64,000 bases of DNA from the NCBI GenBank assembly GCA_038496445.1, contig JALMLS010000552.1, forward strand, positions 1 to 64,000. Reading direction: 5' to 3'. A program made the translations under genes and the position numbers. Below are positions 12,904 through 28,470 of the stretch, piece after piece; within the stretch, counting starts at the first letter, position 1; each line of letters opens with the position of its first letter. Source of the DNA: Trichosphaerium sp. ATCC 40318 (lineage: Eukaryota > Protista > Tubulinea). The notes beneath the pieces were generated by a model that saw only the letters and a program-made list of their open reading frames with translations, was not told the DNA's origin and made no database searches.

Positions 12904-13316
12904 TTAGAGTCTTTCACCACTATTTAAACTGTTGTGTACATATCTGGTTTTAAAGGAGGAGAGGCAGGCAGTTGCAGCGCAGTGGTTGGGTATACAAGGA
13001 AGAACATCAAAAGAGTATTTTATTGGAGCTATGAGACTTGTATACCTGTAATTAGCCATAAACCAGTAGTTACAGCTAAAAAGATAACAAGAGCTATCCA
13101 TTTTATAACCAGAATCCCAATGTAACTTTGCCAAAGAGATGAGTTTTGTGTTTTACAATCACTACTTAATCCTATGATAACACTTGCAAGAAGCAAAGCC
13201 ATAAACAGCACCACACAACAAGAAACTAAGAACAATTCATAAGTACAATGTGCATAGAGGAGATAAAATATCATAATTAAAAAATCACGTGGCCATCTAA
13301 GGCGTGCTTGATGCAA
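12904..13316 (-). pseudogene. Degenerate small multi-pass membrane protein
   Basis: Two hydrophobic segments around SSDCKTQNSSLW, then stops and frame changes. Confidence 0.3.
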
Positions 13317-13861
13317 TGCACACTACAAGTTGTATGGAGTTTTTTAACTATGTGCATGCAAAGGATACGTTTTCAAATGAGGTTATAGTCGAGTAAAGTA
13401 CTTGTCAAAGCTTTGGTGTACTAACTAATGGTCATTTGCTTATAATCAGTATGAAGTTATTGTTTAGGTTCGATTTTAAGTTTCTACCCGAACATGTGAT
13501 TTGTGGATGAATATGTCACCATTTCAGGCGTTTGAATTCGTGAGACCGAAGCTCAACATTGATCTCAACAGAAGACGCATTAACACAATTAAACTATGGC
13601 TAATATCAACAACACCCACAAACCCAGCCCTTGAAAACTTCATTTTCTTTCCAAAACTTTTCTTCTCTTTTCTTTCTTTTAACCATTTATTTCTTTTTCT
13701 TTTAAAATTCACATCTTGTATGTAATGTAATTCGCACGAGTGCGCTGTAGTGTTTTATGTACAAATATACACGACATCAGTGCGCTATTGATAGCCACTA
13801 AGACGTTGTCTTTCCTCCCAAACAATCGCATATTAGTTGTCTAGCTGGCGCAACGGTTATT

Positions 13862-14239
13862 CTAAGGTGAAAAAATAATACGGTTTTCGTGTACAGTAAC
13901 ATTATTTGTACCTAAAGTAACGGATGCTTTGCGGCGATGTTTTTCTGGTTTGGTTATAAACAGAACAAGTGCGGGTGCTCCAACACTACCAACGATAAAT
14001 ATTAAAATACTCTCAGCTATCATCCATATAGATAAAGAGAGCCCTAAATATAGTATAAGACAGTTGCCAACCACGTGATTACACCAATATTGTAAAAATA
14101 TGAACGACGTACCCAGAGTTTTACAGTCATCTACAGAGAAGTATACAATGCCAAGTACTAATTGTATGGTTGCTAGGATATAAAACGGACTACCAAATAA
14201 GCATGTAAATAGAATAACAGCGTTAATCTCTTCGGACAT
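13862..14239 (-). CDS. Small multi-pass membrane protein (spliced; 3' end unresolved)
   Basis: MSEEINAVILFTCLFGSPFYILATIQLVLGIVYFSVDDCKTLG|LSLSIWMIAESILIFIVG, with an in-frame GTACGT..TAG intron near 14112-14047. Confidence 0.5.
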   Translation of the reverse strand: MSEEINAVILFTCLFGSPFYILATIQLVLGIVYFSVDDCKTLGTSFIFLQYWCNHVVGNCLILYLGLSLSIWMIAESILIFIVGSVGAPALVLFITKPEKHRRKASVTLGTNNVTVHENRIIFSP

Positions 14240-14531
14240 GTTGTGCCGACTATTTTAATGGAGAGTTTCAAAGAAGTTCGCGACAAAGATAAAAATACCA
14301 TTATTGTAAACAGATTCTTGGCTTGTTCGAGTTGTAACGTTTGCTCAAGCTCATTTGGAACCTAGCCCGTTTCACAATACTATGTGTTGTTGAATAAAAA
14401 TGGTGTCACAGTAAGGTCGAAAGTAAGCTGTCTAGACTCTAAGTCAGCACATATCTCGAATTTTATCAAATTTCTCGCTATTACATTTGGGTACTCTTGA
14501 GGTTGTTAAAACGAACATATTGGTGAACCCA

Positions 14532-17911
<3,380 letters not shown>

Positions 17912-18160
17912 AACATTCAAAAAAATAAAAATATGAGCAAAACTCCAACAAAAGAATAAGCCAACCAAGTCCTCCATTCGAACTGCTGTCAGCGTATTGT
18001 TTTTCGGTTTTCTAATAAGAGGTGTAACACAACAGTCATTGTGGTTACATGCGCGTGTTGCACAACCATATTAGTTCATTTTCAAAGAACAACGGTTTTC
18101 GAACTTAACTGACGTTGTACTTACTTAAATCACTAATCAGACCAACAAACGCATTACAAC

Positions 18161-18448
18161 ATGTCAAGAACAATAGAAGGAGAGTATAAAGGACCATTCA
18201 AGATGGTTTTCAGAAAAGATGGCTCAATTCGAGCGTCTACAACCTTAAATAGCCATAGTGGCTCTTATGTTATAGAAGAGGATGGTACTATAGAGCTGGC
18301 AGTTTCACAAACGGAAAGGGGCTCTCTAGACGAAGAAGTACAAAAAGAAGCAAGAATACATGATGCTATTATGCTGTCAACGCCTAAAAAACTATGTTCA
18401 GACGGAACTATTGTATTTGGCGATACTACCTTTACGCCAGTCAAATAA
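18161..18448 (+). CDS. Single META (HslJ-like) domain protein, intronless
   Basis: The pattern MVF..DGSIRASTTLNSHSGSYVI...IELAVSQTERG..DEEVQKEARIHDAI fits the META layout (F..dG.v.G..gcN...gsY.....l.....sT...... e..E....aL). Confidence 0.6.
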   Translation: MSRTIEGEYKGPFKMVFRKDGSIRASTTLNSHSGSYVIEEDGTIELAVSQTERGSLDEEVQKEARIHDAIMLSTPKKLCSDGTIVFGDTTFTPVK

Positions 18449-18797
18449 ACTGTACATTTATAGCAAAGCATGTCTAAATACATGTGCACGCCAATTATAC
18501 GCCTAGAACCTGCTACAGTAGAAGATCTATGGGTGTAGTCTACTGAACATGCTTTCGTTTGTTCTGAAACGTCTTGCAAGCGCATAAAAAGCCACTAAAA
18601 TTAATCCAATTGATCTACACAGGCTTCTGCGATGACTATTTTTAGGTTGAGAGCAAATCGACGGAATTAGCTTGACTAATACTGACGACAATCCAAAACC
18701 AAAAAGAATACCGCCAGCGCGTGAAGTATTAGTCTTCAGTATACGTATTAAAGAACACTGACAAACTTACAAGCAATTTATCGTATTACAAAACGAA

Positions 18798-20029
18798 ATG
18801 GAAGCAAAAGACATAGAAAACGTGCCTCAGGTCATATCCGGCCTTATTACTCTCCCAGTTGAATTAATAGTGCATATTCTTAAACAAGGACGGTAAGGTT
18901 ACTCAGTATTTCAAAAAATTATTTTATTTACGTTTTACGTACACGTGACTTATTTATCTGAAATTCGGTTTTTTTCAGGTATACTCTCCGTTCAGCCCAA
19001 ACATGCCACCTTTTACGAGATATTGTTCACAAGCATGTTGGATATAATCTTATCTATGTTTCAAGCGATAGTGAAGTGACGATGCTATCCGGTAGTCCGT
19101 TACTGCAGAACACAAGCATCCACATGCGCTGGAAAACAAAGAACCGCCACTTGCATTTACTTTCAGGTGTACACACTATTGATGTTAGTTTTTGTAGATC
19201 AATAACAGATGAGGGCATCAAGGCATTATCGGGCGTGTATAAGATTGGTTTAGAGGGTACCTCAGTAACAGATGAAGGTTTGAAGGCATTAGCAGGTGTA
19301 CATGAGATTAGATTATCTTATACAGAAGTAACAGCTGAAGGTTTGAAAGCATTGGCAGGTGTACATACCATTGATTTATCAAGCACAGATGTAACAGATA
19401 GGGGTTTGAAGGCTTTGGCTGGTGTACATACTATCAACTTGAGGTTTTGTAAGTCAATAACAGATGAGGGAGTTAAGGCTTTGGCTGGTGTGCACAAAAT
19501 TTATTTGTCCTACACAAATGTAACAAATAAGTGTTTGACAGCTTTGAAAGGTGTGCATACTATCCATTTGGTTGATTGCAGTCCATTGGGAAATGGTATT
19601 AAGGTATTAGCAGGTGTACATGAGATTAAATTATCGTCTACCTTTATAACAGATGAATGTTTGACATCATTGGCTGGTGTACACACTATATCCTTGAATA
19701 ATTGTGTTGCAATACGCAATGAGGGTATGAAGGCTTTGGCAGGTGTACACACAATTCATTTAGCATCTACACATGTAACAGATGAAGGCGTCAAGATGTT
19801 AGCAGGTGTACATGAGATAAATTTATCTTTTACACGGGTAACAGCTGAAGGTTTGAAGGCATTGGCAGGTGTACACAGTATAGACTTGGAAGGTACATCA
19901 ATAACATATGCAGGGTTTAAGGCACTGTATGGCGTACATACTATATGGTTGGAACGTGGTGTTAAACCAGATGATGAACAGGTTAAGATGTTGACTGGTG
20001 CAGTTGATGTAAGGAGACGCATGTTCTAG
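18798..20029 (+). CDS. F-box + leucine-rich-repeat protein
   Basis: Exon 1 has LITLPVELIVHILKQG. After one intron (~18892-18979) come ~12 repeats of GVHxIxLSxxxVTDEGLKALA. Confidence 0.85.
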
Positions 20030-20776
20030 TTTCTCCCAGCTTTCTGTCTTGTATTGTGTAGTTAGTAAAAAGCCTACTCTCTCTCCATCGAAGTATTTTC
20101 AGGGTAACATTCCAAAAGAGCAATTTGAGATACTTAACTTTTACTGTTCATGGTTCTTATGCGTATTATTTATCGAGCTAATTTGCGCTTGCTCTTAAAT
20201 CTCATCCAACGTTCTAAATAAACACCCACTTAGTCTGAGGAAAAAACGTGTACGTAAAAACGGTGAGCAGCTTCCATGCACTAGCGCAACTTTATTCGTA
20301 CTATCTGTTCACAAAGCATGATCATTAATCATGCTGTCCGTTGTTGTGCATTTTGTATACGCTTAGAATATCGGTATGGTAAAACCGGGTATTTTCGGGT
20401 GTTTCACACCCGCTCTCGATATTTCCTTGCTATACTCTAGAGTACGTAGTCTTCTCCATGGCATATATTGTGATCGGAGACAGTTGGAAAAAGCTTTTTG
20501 TTTCACACTGGCGAGGATAAAGTTCTTATTCTCACCATGATCGCAACACAAGCAGCTGAACTAGCAACCACCGACAGTAAACACAGTATAAGTACTGAAG
20601 ATAGTGTATTTGATATGCAACTATATGCAGGTAAACTCATTTGTAGTTCTACTCTAATCGTGGTGGAAAGATACTATGATAAAATGTCACGTGAAACTAG
20701 AAGGCGAGTATATGCATTCCTGCACTAGCACCACATTTTTATAAAATAACGCCAAAACAGTTCTAAATACATGAGA

Positions 20777-20981
20777 ATAGCTAGTACAAGGTTTGTGGTT
20801 TTCCAAATGAGCGTTATCCATATTTGAGTAATTACGAAACAGTATCTAAAAAAAGAAGTTTTCGGTTAGTTGCACACTTTTGGATACAAAACTTGTCCAA
20901 TGTAGTTTCCACGCGTGTAAATAGCTATCGCAGGCCTTTGTGAGCGTTTTGAAATGTGCATTATCCATATTTGAGTAATTA
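20777..20981 (+). repeat. Degenerate ~60-bp direct repeat pair, ~147-bp period
   Basis: aaatgagcgttatccatatttgagtaatta (20805) versus aaatgtgcattatccatatttgagtaatta (20952), each preceded by aatagcta. Confidence 0.6.
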
Positions 20982-21686
20982 AAATAGAATTTTCAGTGAA
21001 CTACCCTTCTAGAAGCTTCTATTAATACCACAATTTATTTTTGTGAAGTTTTTATGGGTATAAAAAGAAACGACAATATTCTAGATATCAGATGGAAGTA
21101 GTTCTCCACAGCTAGTTTCGGTTTGACTAACCGAAGCGACTCACATAAACCCTTCTTAAACCTTTCGTAGTGGCTGACGAAAGTAGACACATAATGGTCG
21201 GTATAAAACCAATAAAAAATCAAAAAAAAAAAAAAAAAAGTAACAAATCTATGAGCGGCTTCCGTGATCTTAAAGTATCGGTGAACATAGAACTTACTTG
21301 GTACCAAAAAAAAAAGAATTCTCAAAAAAAATCCAGCGGCCTTACCTAGGAAGTGCATCTGAATGAAAACAAATAAAAATACCGTGTCCTTACCTAGGGA
21401 GGATACTTTTGTTTTTGTTTCAAAGAAAACGTATCTCCAAGTACTCGGATATTAAGCAGCTCCATACAATTAAAGCAGTAGCTACAAAGGGGTATTGGCG
21501 TTGTCTCATCATGTAAGGTACTTCTAATGTTTACAACCAACGCGTAAAAGAGTAATAAAACGTAATTTTAGGAATGGACACCTCCTTGAATACAGTTTAA
21601 ATAACCAAGCCTGTTCTATATATCCTGTTTCTAGATAATGGTTGAAACAACAGAAATTCTAGACACTTTTTTTTTTGACAAAGGAA

Positions 21687-22469
21687 ATGTCTTCTTCTTC
21701 TTTGAGGTTACTTGATCTCCCAAATGAAATTCAACAAGAAATCTGTACATTCAACATGGAAACGTTCACAAAATTTCATACACTATCAAAGAACGCAGCA
21801 ATCGATACACATTTCGATGAATCTCTACAACACAAGGGGAAATGGATCAGATGGTACAAAACGTAGGAAAAAGTACAGTCCAATGAATATTTGAAAAACG
21901 GCTAAACCAAGAATGGTAACAGAATGGTCAAATAAAAGAACAATGGAAGGTAGTTAATGGCAAAAGGGCATGGTAATTCCCAAATGTGGTATGACAATGG
22001 ACAACTTGCAGCACTGCACGTTTGTTAAGGCATGTAACGTGAAACTAAAGAGTGGTATAAAAATGGGAACATTAATGCACAAAGTATGTGGGTTGATGGT
22101 AAACTAAGCGAAAGTATGGTATGATAACAAACAACTTTCTTCGTAGGTGACTTATCATGTGGGTGGATGGCAAGGTGAATCTAAGCAATGGTATGATAAT
22201 GGACAAGTTCAGGGACTAGTGATGATGGCTGAAAACAAACGACATGGTGAATTCAAAAGCTGGTACGACGATGGAATACTGAAGATACACAGCTTGCGGG
22301 TTGATGGTAAACAAAGAGTGGTCATGGAACTGGTCAGCTATTTCGACAAAGTACGTGGGTAGATAATAAGAAACATGGCGAAACACATGAGTGGTATAAA
22401 AATGGCCAACTTATGACGGAAAGCATGGGGACTGATGGGAAATTATATGGTACAATGAAACAGTTCTGA
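21687..22469 (+). pseudogene. F-box + MORN-variant pseudogene
   Basis: LLDLPNEIQQEICTFNMETFTKFHTLSKNAAIDTHFDE is closely similar to 11431 and 42352. It is followed by several stops and frameshifts scattered through the repeats (e.g. 21864, 21903, 21917, 22035, 22360). Confidence 0.85.
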
Positions 22470-23113
22470 ACCAAGAAACAAAGGAAGTCTATTGCTTTGT
22501 TTTAGGACCGTTTTTATCTCAACTCTTACCCAGACCGATATTTTTATTGCCATCACGTGATGGAACGATGAAACGGCAAAACTACCATCTAACAGCGTAT
22601 CTTGATTACTTGTTACCTTGGTTTAGTGGCTCGCTTAGTATAACTTTAACATTCCATGACGTTCTCTTATTACTTTTTATTTACAATGAGGTAAACTATT
22701 TTTTGAAATTGTTTTGATTTAGCCTATGGTAGCTTACCTTGAACGAGATAGTAAACAACAGAAGAGTATGCCATGAAAGCTTGCCTATTTACTAATTTCT
22801 TAGGAAATGAGTTTGAGCTACTTAGTCTAAGAGGGCTAATGAATCAAGTTTCAGCACACTTGACTGCTTCGCGCTAGTTTTTTTGAAATTGGTTTAGTCT
22901 CATTACATTTTTGATGTAAATCATCGAAGCAACGATGACAAGCTACAGTGGCTTTGTTATTAAATACTGTGTTTTCGAGGAAACGAGGTGATAGTAAGCA
23001 ACTCTTGTGTACTTTCGAGAAGTAGTTTTATGTGAAATCGGGATTTTATCGGGAAAACTCTATAGAGATGAATAGAGTTTTAAAACTAACCATAAAAACC
23101 AAAAGTATACAAA

Positions 23114-23498
23114 ATGAACACGTTTTCTTCAATACCTACACTCTCCTTGGCCATTCTCTTTGTAGTCTTTCTATTCGCAACTCCAGTAGCAGGAAATGAC
23201 GAAGCGGAAGAAGACTGTGCTGGTAAATGGTGCTCAAGACTCTACAGACGGAATGGTGGAACGACGGTATACTGTGCTGATGTCTGGGGCTCATGCCCGT
23301 TTAAAACCTATGATTCTGTACGTCACAGAGAATACAAACTTGCGGTTTTAGTGACTTTTCGCATAGTACAATGATATCGCAGGAAAGAAAAAATGCAGAC
23401 GCTGCAATCAACGAACACCAAGTGCTGGTAGATGTAACAACCATGATGGGGCTTTGCAAAAGGAAGGTCTTCAAGTAGCCCGCTATATATGCTCATAA
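23114..23498 (+). CDS. Small secreted 8-cysteine protein (one intron, 23318-23366)
   Basis: Signal peptide to ~PVAG. Spliced mature part: NDEAEEDCAGKWCSRLYRRNGGTTVYCADVWGSCPFKTYDS|YNDIAGKKKCRRCNQRTPSAGRCNNHDGALQKEGLQVARYICS*. Confidence 0.75.
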
Positions 23499-23950
23499 AA
23501 ACTTGCTCTGGAATAGTTAATGTACATTAACTATAATAAACTTCCTATGCCTTACATTTATTCATTTTTGTGTGTTAGCTTCTACTGTGCTACTAAATTG
23601 ATACCCAAACTTCTTGAGATCCTTTTTTCTCAAACGTGAAAAATTCAGTCTCATATTATTCCTACTAAATTGCCTCCTTTGCCAGGCTCACGCTGGCATC
23701 ACAACATGCTAATATAGTTAACCAAACCTGGTACAAAATGCTAACCAGTCGTATATCAATCTTATGACCTTATGGGCAACGAACAAAAACAAAGTACTAG
23801 GTAGAAATATTGCTGTAGAAAGAATGGTCATCCAGGATACAATTAAAAAGTACAATGAGCAGTAAATCAGTGACTGTACGCTAGTAGAGTGTAATTTACA
23901 AAAATAAACCAAATTATTGCAACTCCACCAAAATTCTTTTGTTAAGTGCT

Positions 23951-24710
23951 TATTGTATGTTTCATTCAAGTTTTACTAATATTTTCTAGAAAGTGAGTTT
24001 TTAGCACTTTTAGCAGATCTAGCAAGATCTGACACTTCTGTCAAATGGTGTAGATCTATCACAATGTGAACTATTTGTGCTACAATGTTGTCCTTCATTG
24101 TATGACTTAGGTACCTTACGGTAAGTGATAGCAAAATTTTCAATGTAAGTTTCAACAGATGGAAGATGATCGCAGTATTTTACCTACGCCAACTGTACAC
24201 GGTACGATCAAACCACAGAGGTGTTCAATGCGCTAAAAGCGAATTAAAAAGGTATGATGTCCTACAAAGCTATCGCATTACCGCCAAACACGGTATGAAT
24301 GCCTCAAACACTGTTTGCTGTATGTTTTGCTTCAAAAAATTAACGTACGTGTATAACTTACTAGCGCCTACCCCACGCTAACAGAAGCGCTATGGTAGCA
24401 TCCAAGCAGCAATGAAGGTGTAACAACGTCAAAACCGCCCCAAAACACCACCAGCGTTGCTGTAGGCTTTGTAAACGCCGCTAGGCGTCAAATATGTAAA
24501 TAAAAAAGTTTGCTCTGGGGTTTGTTAAATCACGTGGGTTTGACGGTTGGATTCACTGGACAGGCGTGAGGGTAGATCACATTTAAAAAAATGACAATTT
24601 GCAAGATCTGTCAGAAGTGTCAAATCCGTCAGATCTGACAGATCGGGCAGAAACTGGATTTTTTTTGCTAAAAGTCAGTCTGTCTCAAAACTTGAATGAA
24701 ACAGACAATA
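23951..24710. mobile_element. Non-coding foldback/MITE-like element with degenerate long inverted repeats
   Basis: 23951-23974 tattgtatgtttcattcaagtttt matches the reverse complement of 24687-24710 at 23/24 positions. Inner inverted blocks acttttagca, gatctgac and tgacacttctg also match. Confidence 0.5.
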
Positions 24711-24899
24711 TGATTTACAACGTTGTTTTGATCGATATACGGCTACAAAATTTCCGGTTTGCATGAGTAAAAACCACATATTCGCGTATACACAAACAAA
24801 CCTCTTAAAGGGTATTTATTTGTTTTGATATTCCAACCATTTTTTTGGAAATCGTTTCAATTAAATGTCACGTGTTGGTCAAAAAAACTAGATATTGCC

Positions 24900-26428
24900 A
24901 TGTCGATGACTTGTTATATGTCGTCGCTACCGCGAGACATGGTATACGAGATTCTGACATTCTTACGCTCATCAAATCTGAAATCAATCTCATTGACCTG
25001 TAAACAGTTTCTGCACGTTGTACGAAACGATATTGGCTTCGCTAACATTAATGTAAAAACTTACAACGTATTACATCTATACATGCGCAAAGGACTCTTA
25101 AAATCAACCCATATTCATATACCCATGCTACAGAACCCACAAATAGCTATTTTTTTCCACGAAGCGTGGAATTTAAGGATAGATATCAGAAGAATAGGTG
25201 ATGAGGTCATAAAACACTTTAGAAGTATACGTTTACTACAAATTGGTCATAATCTTATCTCAGACGTTGGATTGGCAGCGCTTTCCAATCTTCACACTCT
25301 CTATATTGTTCCTAATGCGACAATCACTCCAACAGGCCTCCGAGCACTCTCTAGGCTAAGAAAAATAACACTGATTGGTGCATGTGTTACGGACAGTCAC
25401 CTAGAGGCTATTTCTGGAGTACCAACCATTGATTTGTCGTTTTGCAAGAACATCACTGACGAAGGTGTCAAAGCACTTGCTGGAGTTGAAAAAATACGAA
25501 TCAGTAATTGCCCTAAAGTAACTGATAAAGGATATGCGTCTTTAGCAGGTGTAAGAGAAGCACAGTTTATACCTATCGGATACAACTCAGGATCAAACAA
25601 TTTGACCGATATCGGATTGAAAGCACTTGCTGGTGTTAAGAAGCTTGTTATTCATAGAAATCCGTATATAACTGATGAAGGCGTATCAGCACTTCGTGGT
25701 ATACATACTATAGATTTAAATCGCTGTAATGTTACTGATAAGTGTATGAAGGCACTGGCAGGTGTTCACGTAATTGATCTTTCAAAAACACGTGTTACAT
25801 TCAATGGTCTTAGGTATCTCAAAGGAGTACACACAATTCAATTGGATCACTGCTTGAATATGTTGGATGAAGGTATTTCATACCTTGCGGGCGTTCACAC
25901 AATATCTCTTACTGATTGTGACTTAATCACTGATAAAGGTGTCTCAACATTGAGCGGAGTAAAAAAGATAAATCTAAAATTGTGCTCACTTATAACCGAC
26001 TTATCTTTGAGAGCATTAGAAGGTGTCAATGAGATCAAACTTGATAAATGCTACAAGATAACAGATGAGGGTTTAAAGTATATTTCAGGAGCGTATCATG
26101 TCAGTTTAGTTGATTGTAGCGAAATTACAGATAAGGGTTAAAACACCTTGTTGGAGTTAAAAAACTTGATATTTCTGGATGCTACAATATTTCAAATGAC
26201 GGTATTATATCTCTGTATGGCATTACAGAGCTAAATGCAAATGATTGCCCTCTCATCACTGACTATGGAATATTGTATTTATTTGGTCCTCTAAAGCATT
26301 GCACTTGTGATTCTGTCTCAGCAAGGATGGCTTATTTCTTTATCTGGTCTTGTGGTACCTTGATAATGAACGGGAAAGAACCTGCATACATTCACCTAAA
26401 ACAACGTTCGCCATACATAAACCAATAA
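24900..26428 (+). CDS. F-box + LRR protein, intronless, with a 1-nt frameshift near 26138
   Basis: MSSLPRDMVYEILTFL..ISLTCKQF F-box, then GVHTIDL..ITDxGxxAL repeats. The repeats continue in another frame (KHLVGVKKLDISGCYNISNDG...) to TAA at 26426-26428. Confidence 0.8.
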
Positions 26429-27269
26429 GTGAAAGGGTTTTAGATGTTTACAATCACATGATTCTTTGAGGTAAAGTTGTTGTATTTTTAATAAAATTCA
26501 TTGACTTTTTTTGGAGTTTGAAATACTTCTAGCAAATGTTGAAGCTCCTCATTATCTTCCAATTGATTTGTAGATATTGTCACTCTTTGAATTCTTTACA
26601 TTTAATTAAACCGATATTCTGATATCTATTTAGATAATCTAGACAAACTAGGTAATCACAAATATCTAGATATCCTGATGTGTGGTACACTGTGGTAGGC
26701 CACTCGTATGCTTGGTGATATTACGCTCACGCGTACCGTAGCATGAATCAAAGTGAGCTCAATGAGCATCACCTCAAGCACAGCACGCATTGAGTTAGAA
26801 GGGAAACACGGCAAACAATTGTTTTTGAGAATTTGACAGCCGTGGCCTTAAAAGTGTTCTTTATACCTTATTTCGGATAGTGCTAGCGTTAGCGAGCATT
26901 TGGAATAGCAAACAGATTGATCACTGTTTCAAAGAACAATTATTTTGGGTCTGCTTTTTTAACCCAAAGTGTACACTTGCTAGCGCAAGCTAAAAAAACT
27001 GCAGGCTTATTTTAACTTTATTGCGTGATGTAAACCATTGGCCGTGTTAGAACCTCCAGAAGTTTCCTGTTTCTGGTTTTTAAGCTGCTGTTTCTTGTGC
27101 CCATATTACTGCAATGTATAGAACAATTGCTAAGCCTGAGTTGGTATCCCTATTCTCTCCAGTAAATCTTGGAGACAATTGGAGTGTCATTCGGAGATTT
27201 TTGGAGAAACTTGTCAGTAGGCGATTTCGGGAAACTGTCGAAAACAATAATCTGTTAAATTCTCCCATC

Positions 27270-28279
27270 ATGAGCACATCAGAAGATATTGAACTTGCGA
27301 CTAACGATGGTAACCGCTTTTATAACAGTCTTTCTGTCTTGTCGTTAAATCGGTTTTTGTAGATATCGACGTTACAGCTGATGACATTGAGATGCGTACA
27401 GGTACGCTACTAGAGTAATGTGAAGTTCTTTTCTAATTTATACGCGTTTAAAGACGTTGGTGAGGATGTTGAGTCAGATGAAACTATTAGAAGGCGAGTA
27501 TACGCTTTGGTACTCGTATTGGTCATGAGAGCGATATGGACTTGTATTATTCCTTCTTTTATTGTTGTACGCTTGTTTAAACACGAAGTTTTTCATGTCT
27601 GCATCCTCTTAAACGTTTCCCGCACCTGTATGGCCTTTATGCGTAGGAGAGCCAAGCTCGACTATTTGTACAAGTTTCAGGAGCGTTTTGGGGCAAAAAA
27701 AGCCGAAAACTGTGAACAACAGAAAGCGCACGTGGTAGTTTTTTTTTTTCAACTAAAACAAAACTGTTTGCGTTTTCGGCAGTTGCTTTCAGCAAATTCT
27801 TCTCTTCAACCATTAATCTAGTTCTACTAGGGCATGTATCTCTCCTATTATAGTGAATATGACCCTCAAATTGGGCAGAATAAATTTTTTGAAGCGGTTC
27901 GTATTCCGTACCTCATTTTCTTTGTTATCTTATTTTTTTTGTCTATTAGATCATTGGTTTTATTGCAATCATGTTCATATTAAGTGCTTGTAAAATTGTG
28001 ATATGTTTCCTTGGTATCATGAGGACCATCCGTTTCGATATACTTTCTGGTGTGCTACAATCACTATACATCGTACAATTCATCGTCTTAACATTTCTGT
28101 TTGGAGTATTTACAACTTTTGCTTTTTATTCTGCTGAAGATAGAGGTCTGTTCGTTGTGTTGTACATAGTGTCCAGTATACACTTTGTTTCTAATATTGG
28201 CGAATATATCTTTGCGATAGTTTTAGAGAACCATGGAAGAAAGGGATGTTTTTGTTGTGGAGGAAAGTGTTGTTGTTAA
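27270..28279 (+). CDS. Multi-pass membrane protein with Cys-rich tail (multi-exon)
   Basis: MSTSEDIELATND start and about four hydrophobic segments. Ends GRKGCFCCGGKCCC, a palmitoylation-type cysteine cluster. Confidence 0.55.
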
Positions 28280-28470
28280 AAAAGTGAATCAAGATAAATG
28301 TAAAAAAAAAAAACCAACACAATAAACATCAATACAAACATTGCAACAGTCATTCAATTTCAAGTAAAGCAATATGTTGAAACTAAACAACAGAAAGATG
28401 CTCATAAGACCTGGTAGGCACGGCGTTTAAGACAAGAAGGTATTTATTATTAAAATTGGTTTGTGTTTTC

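Noticed and set aside
22592-22604. acagcgtatcttg also seen at the transposon right junction
   Set aside because: Only 13 nt with no flanking similarity; most of it is host coding sequence at the junction, so probably chance.
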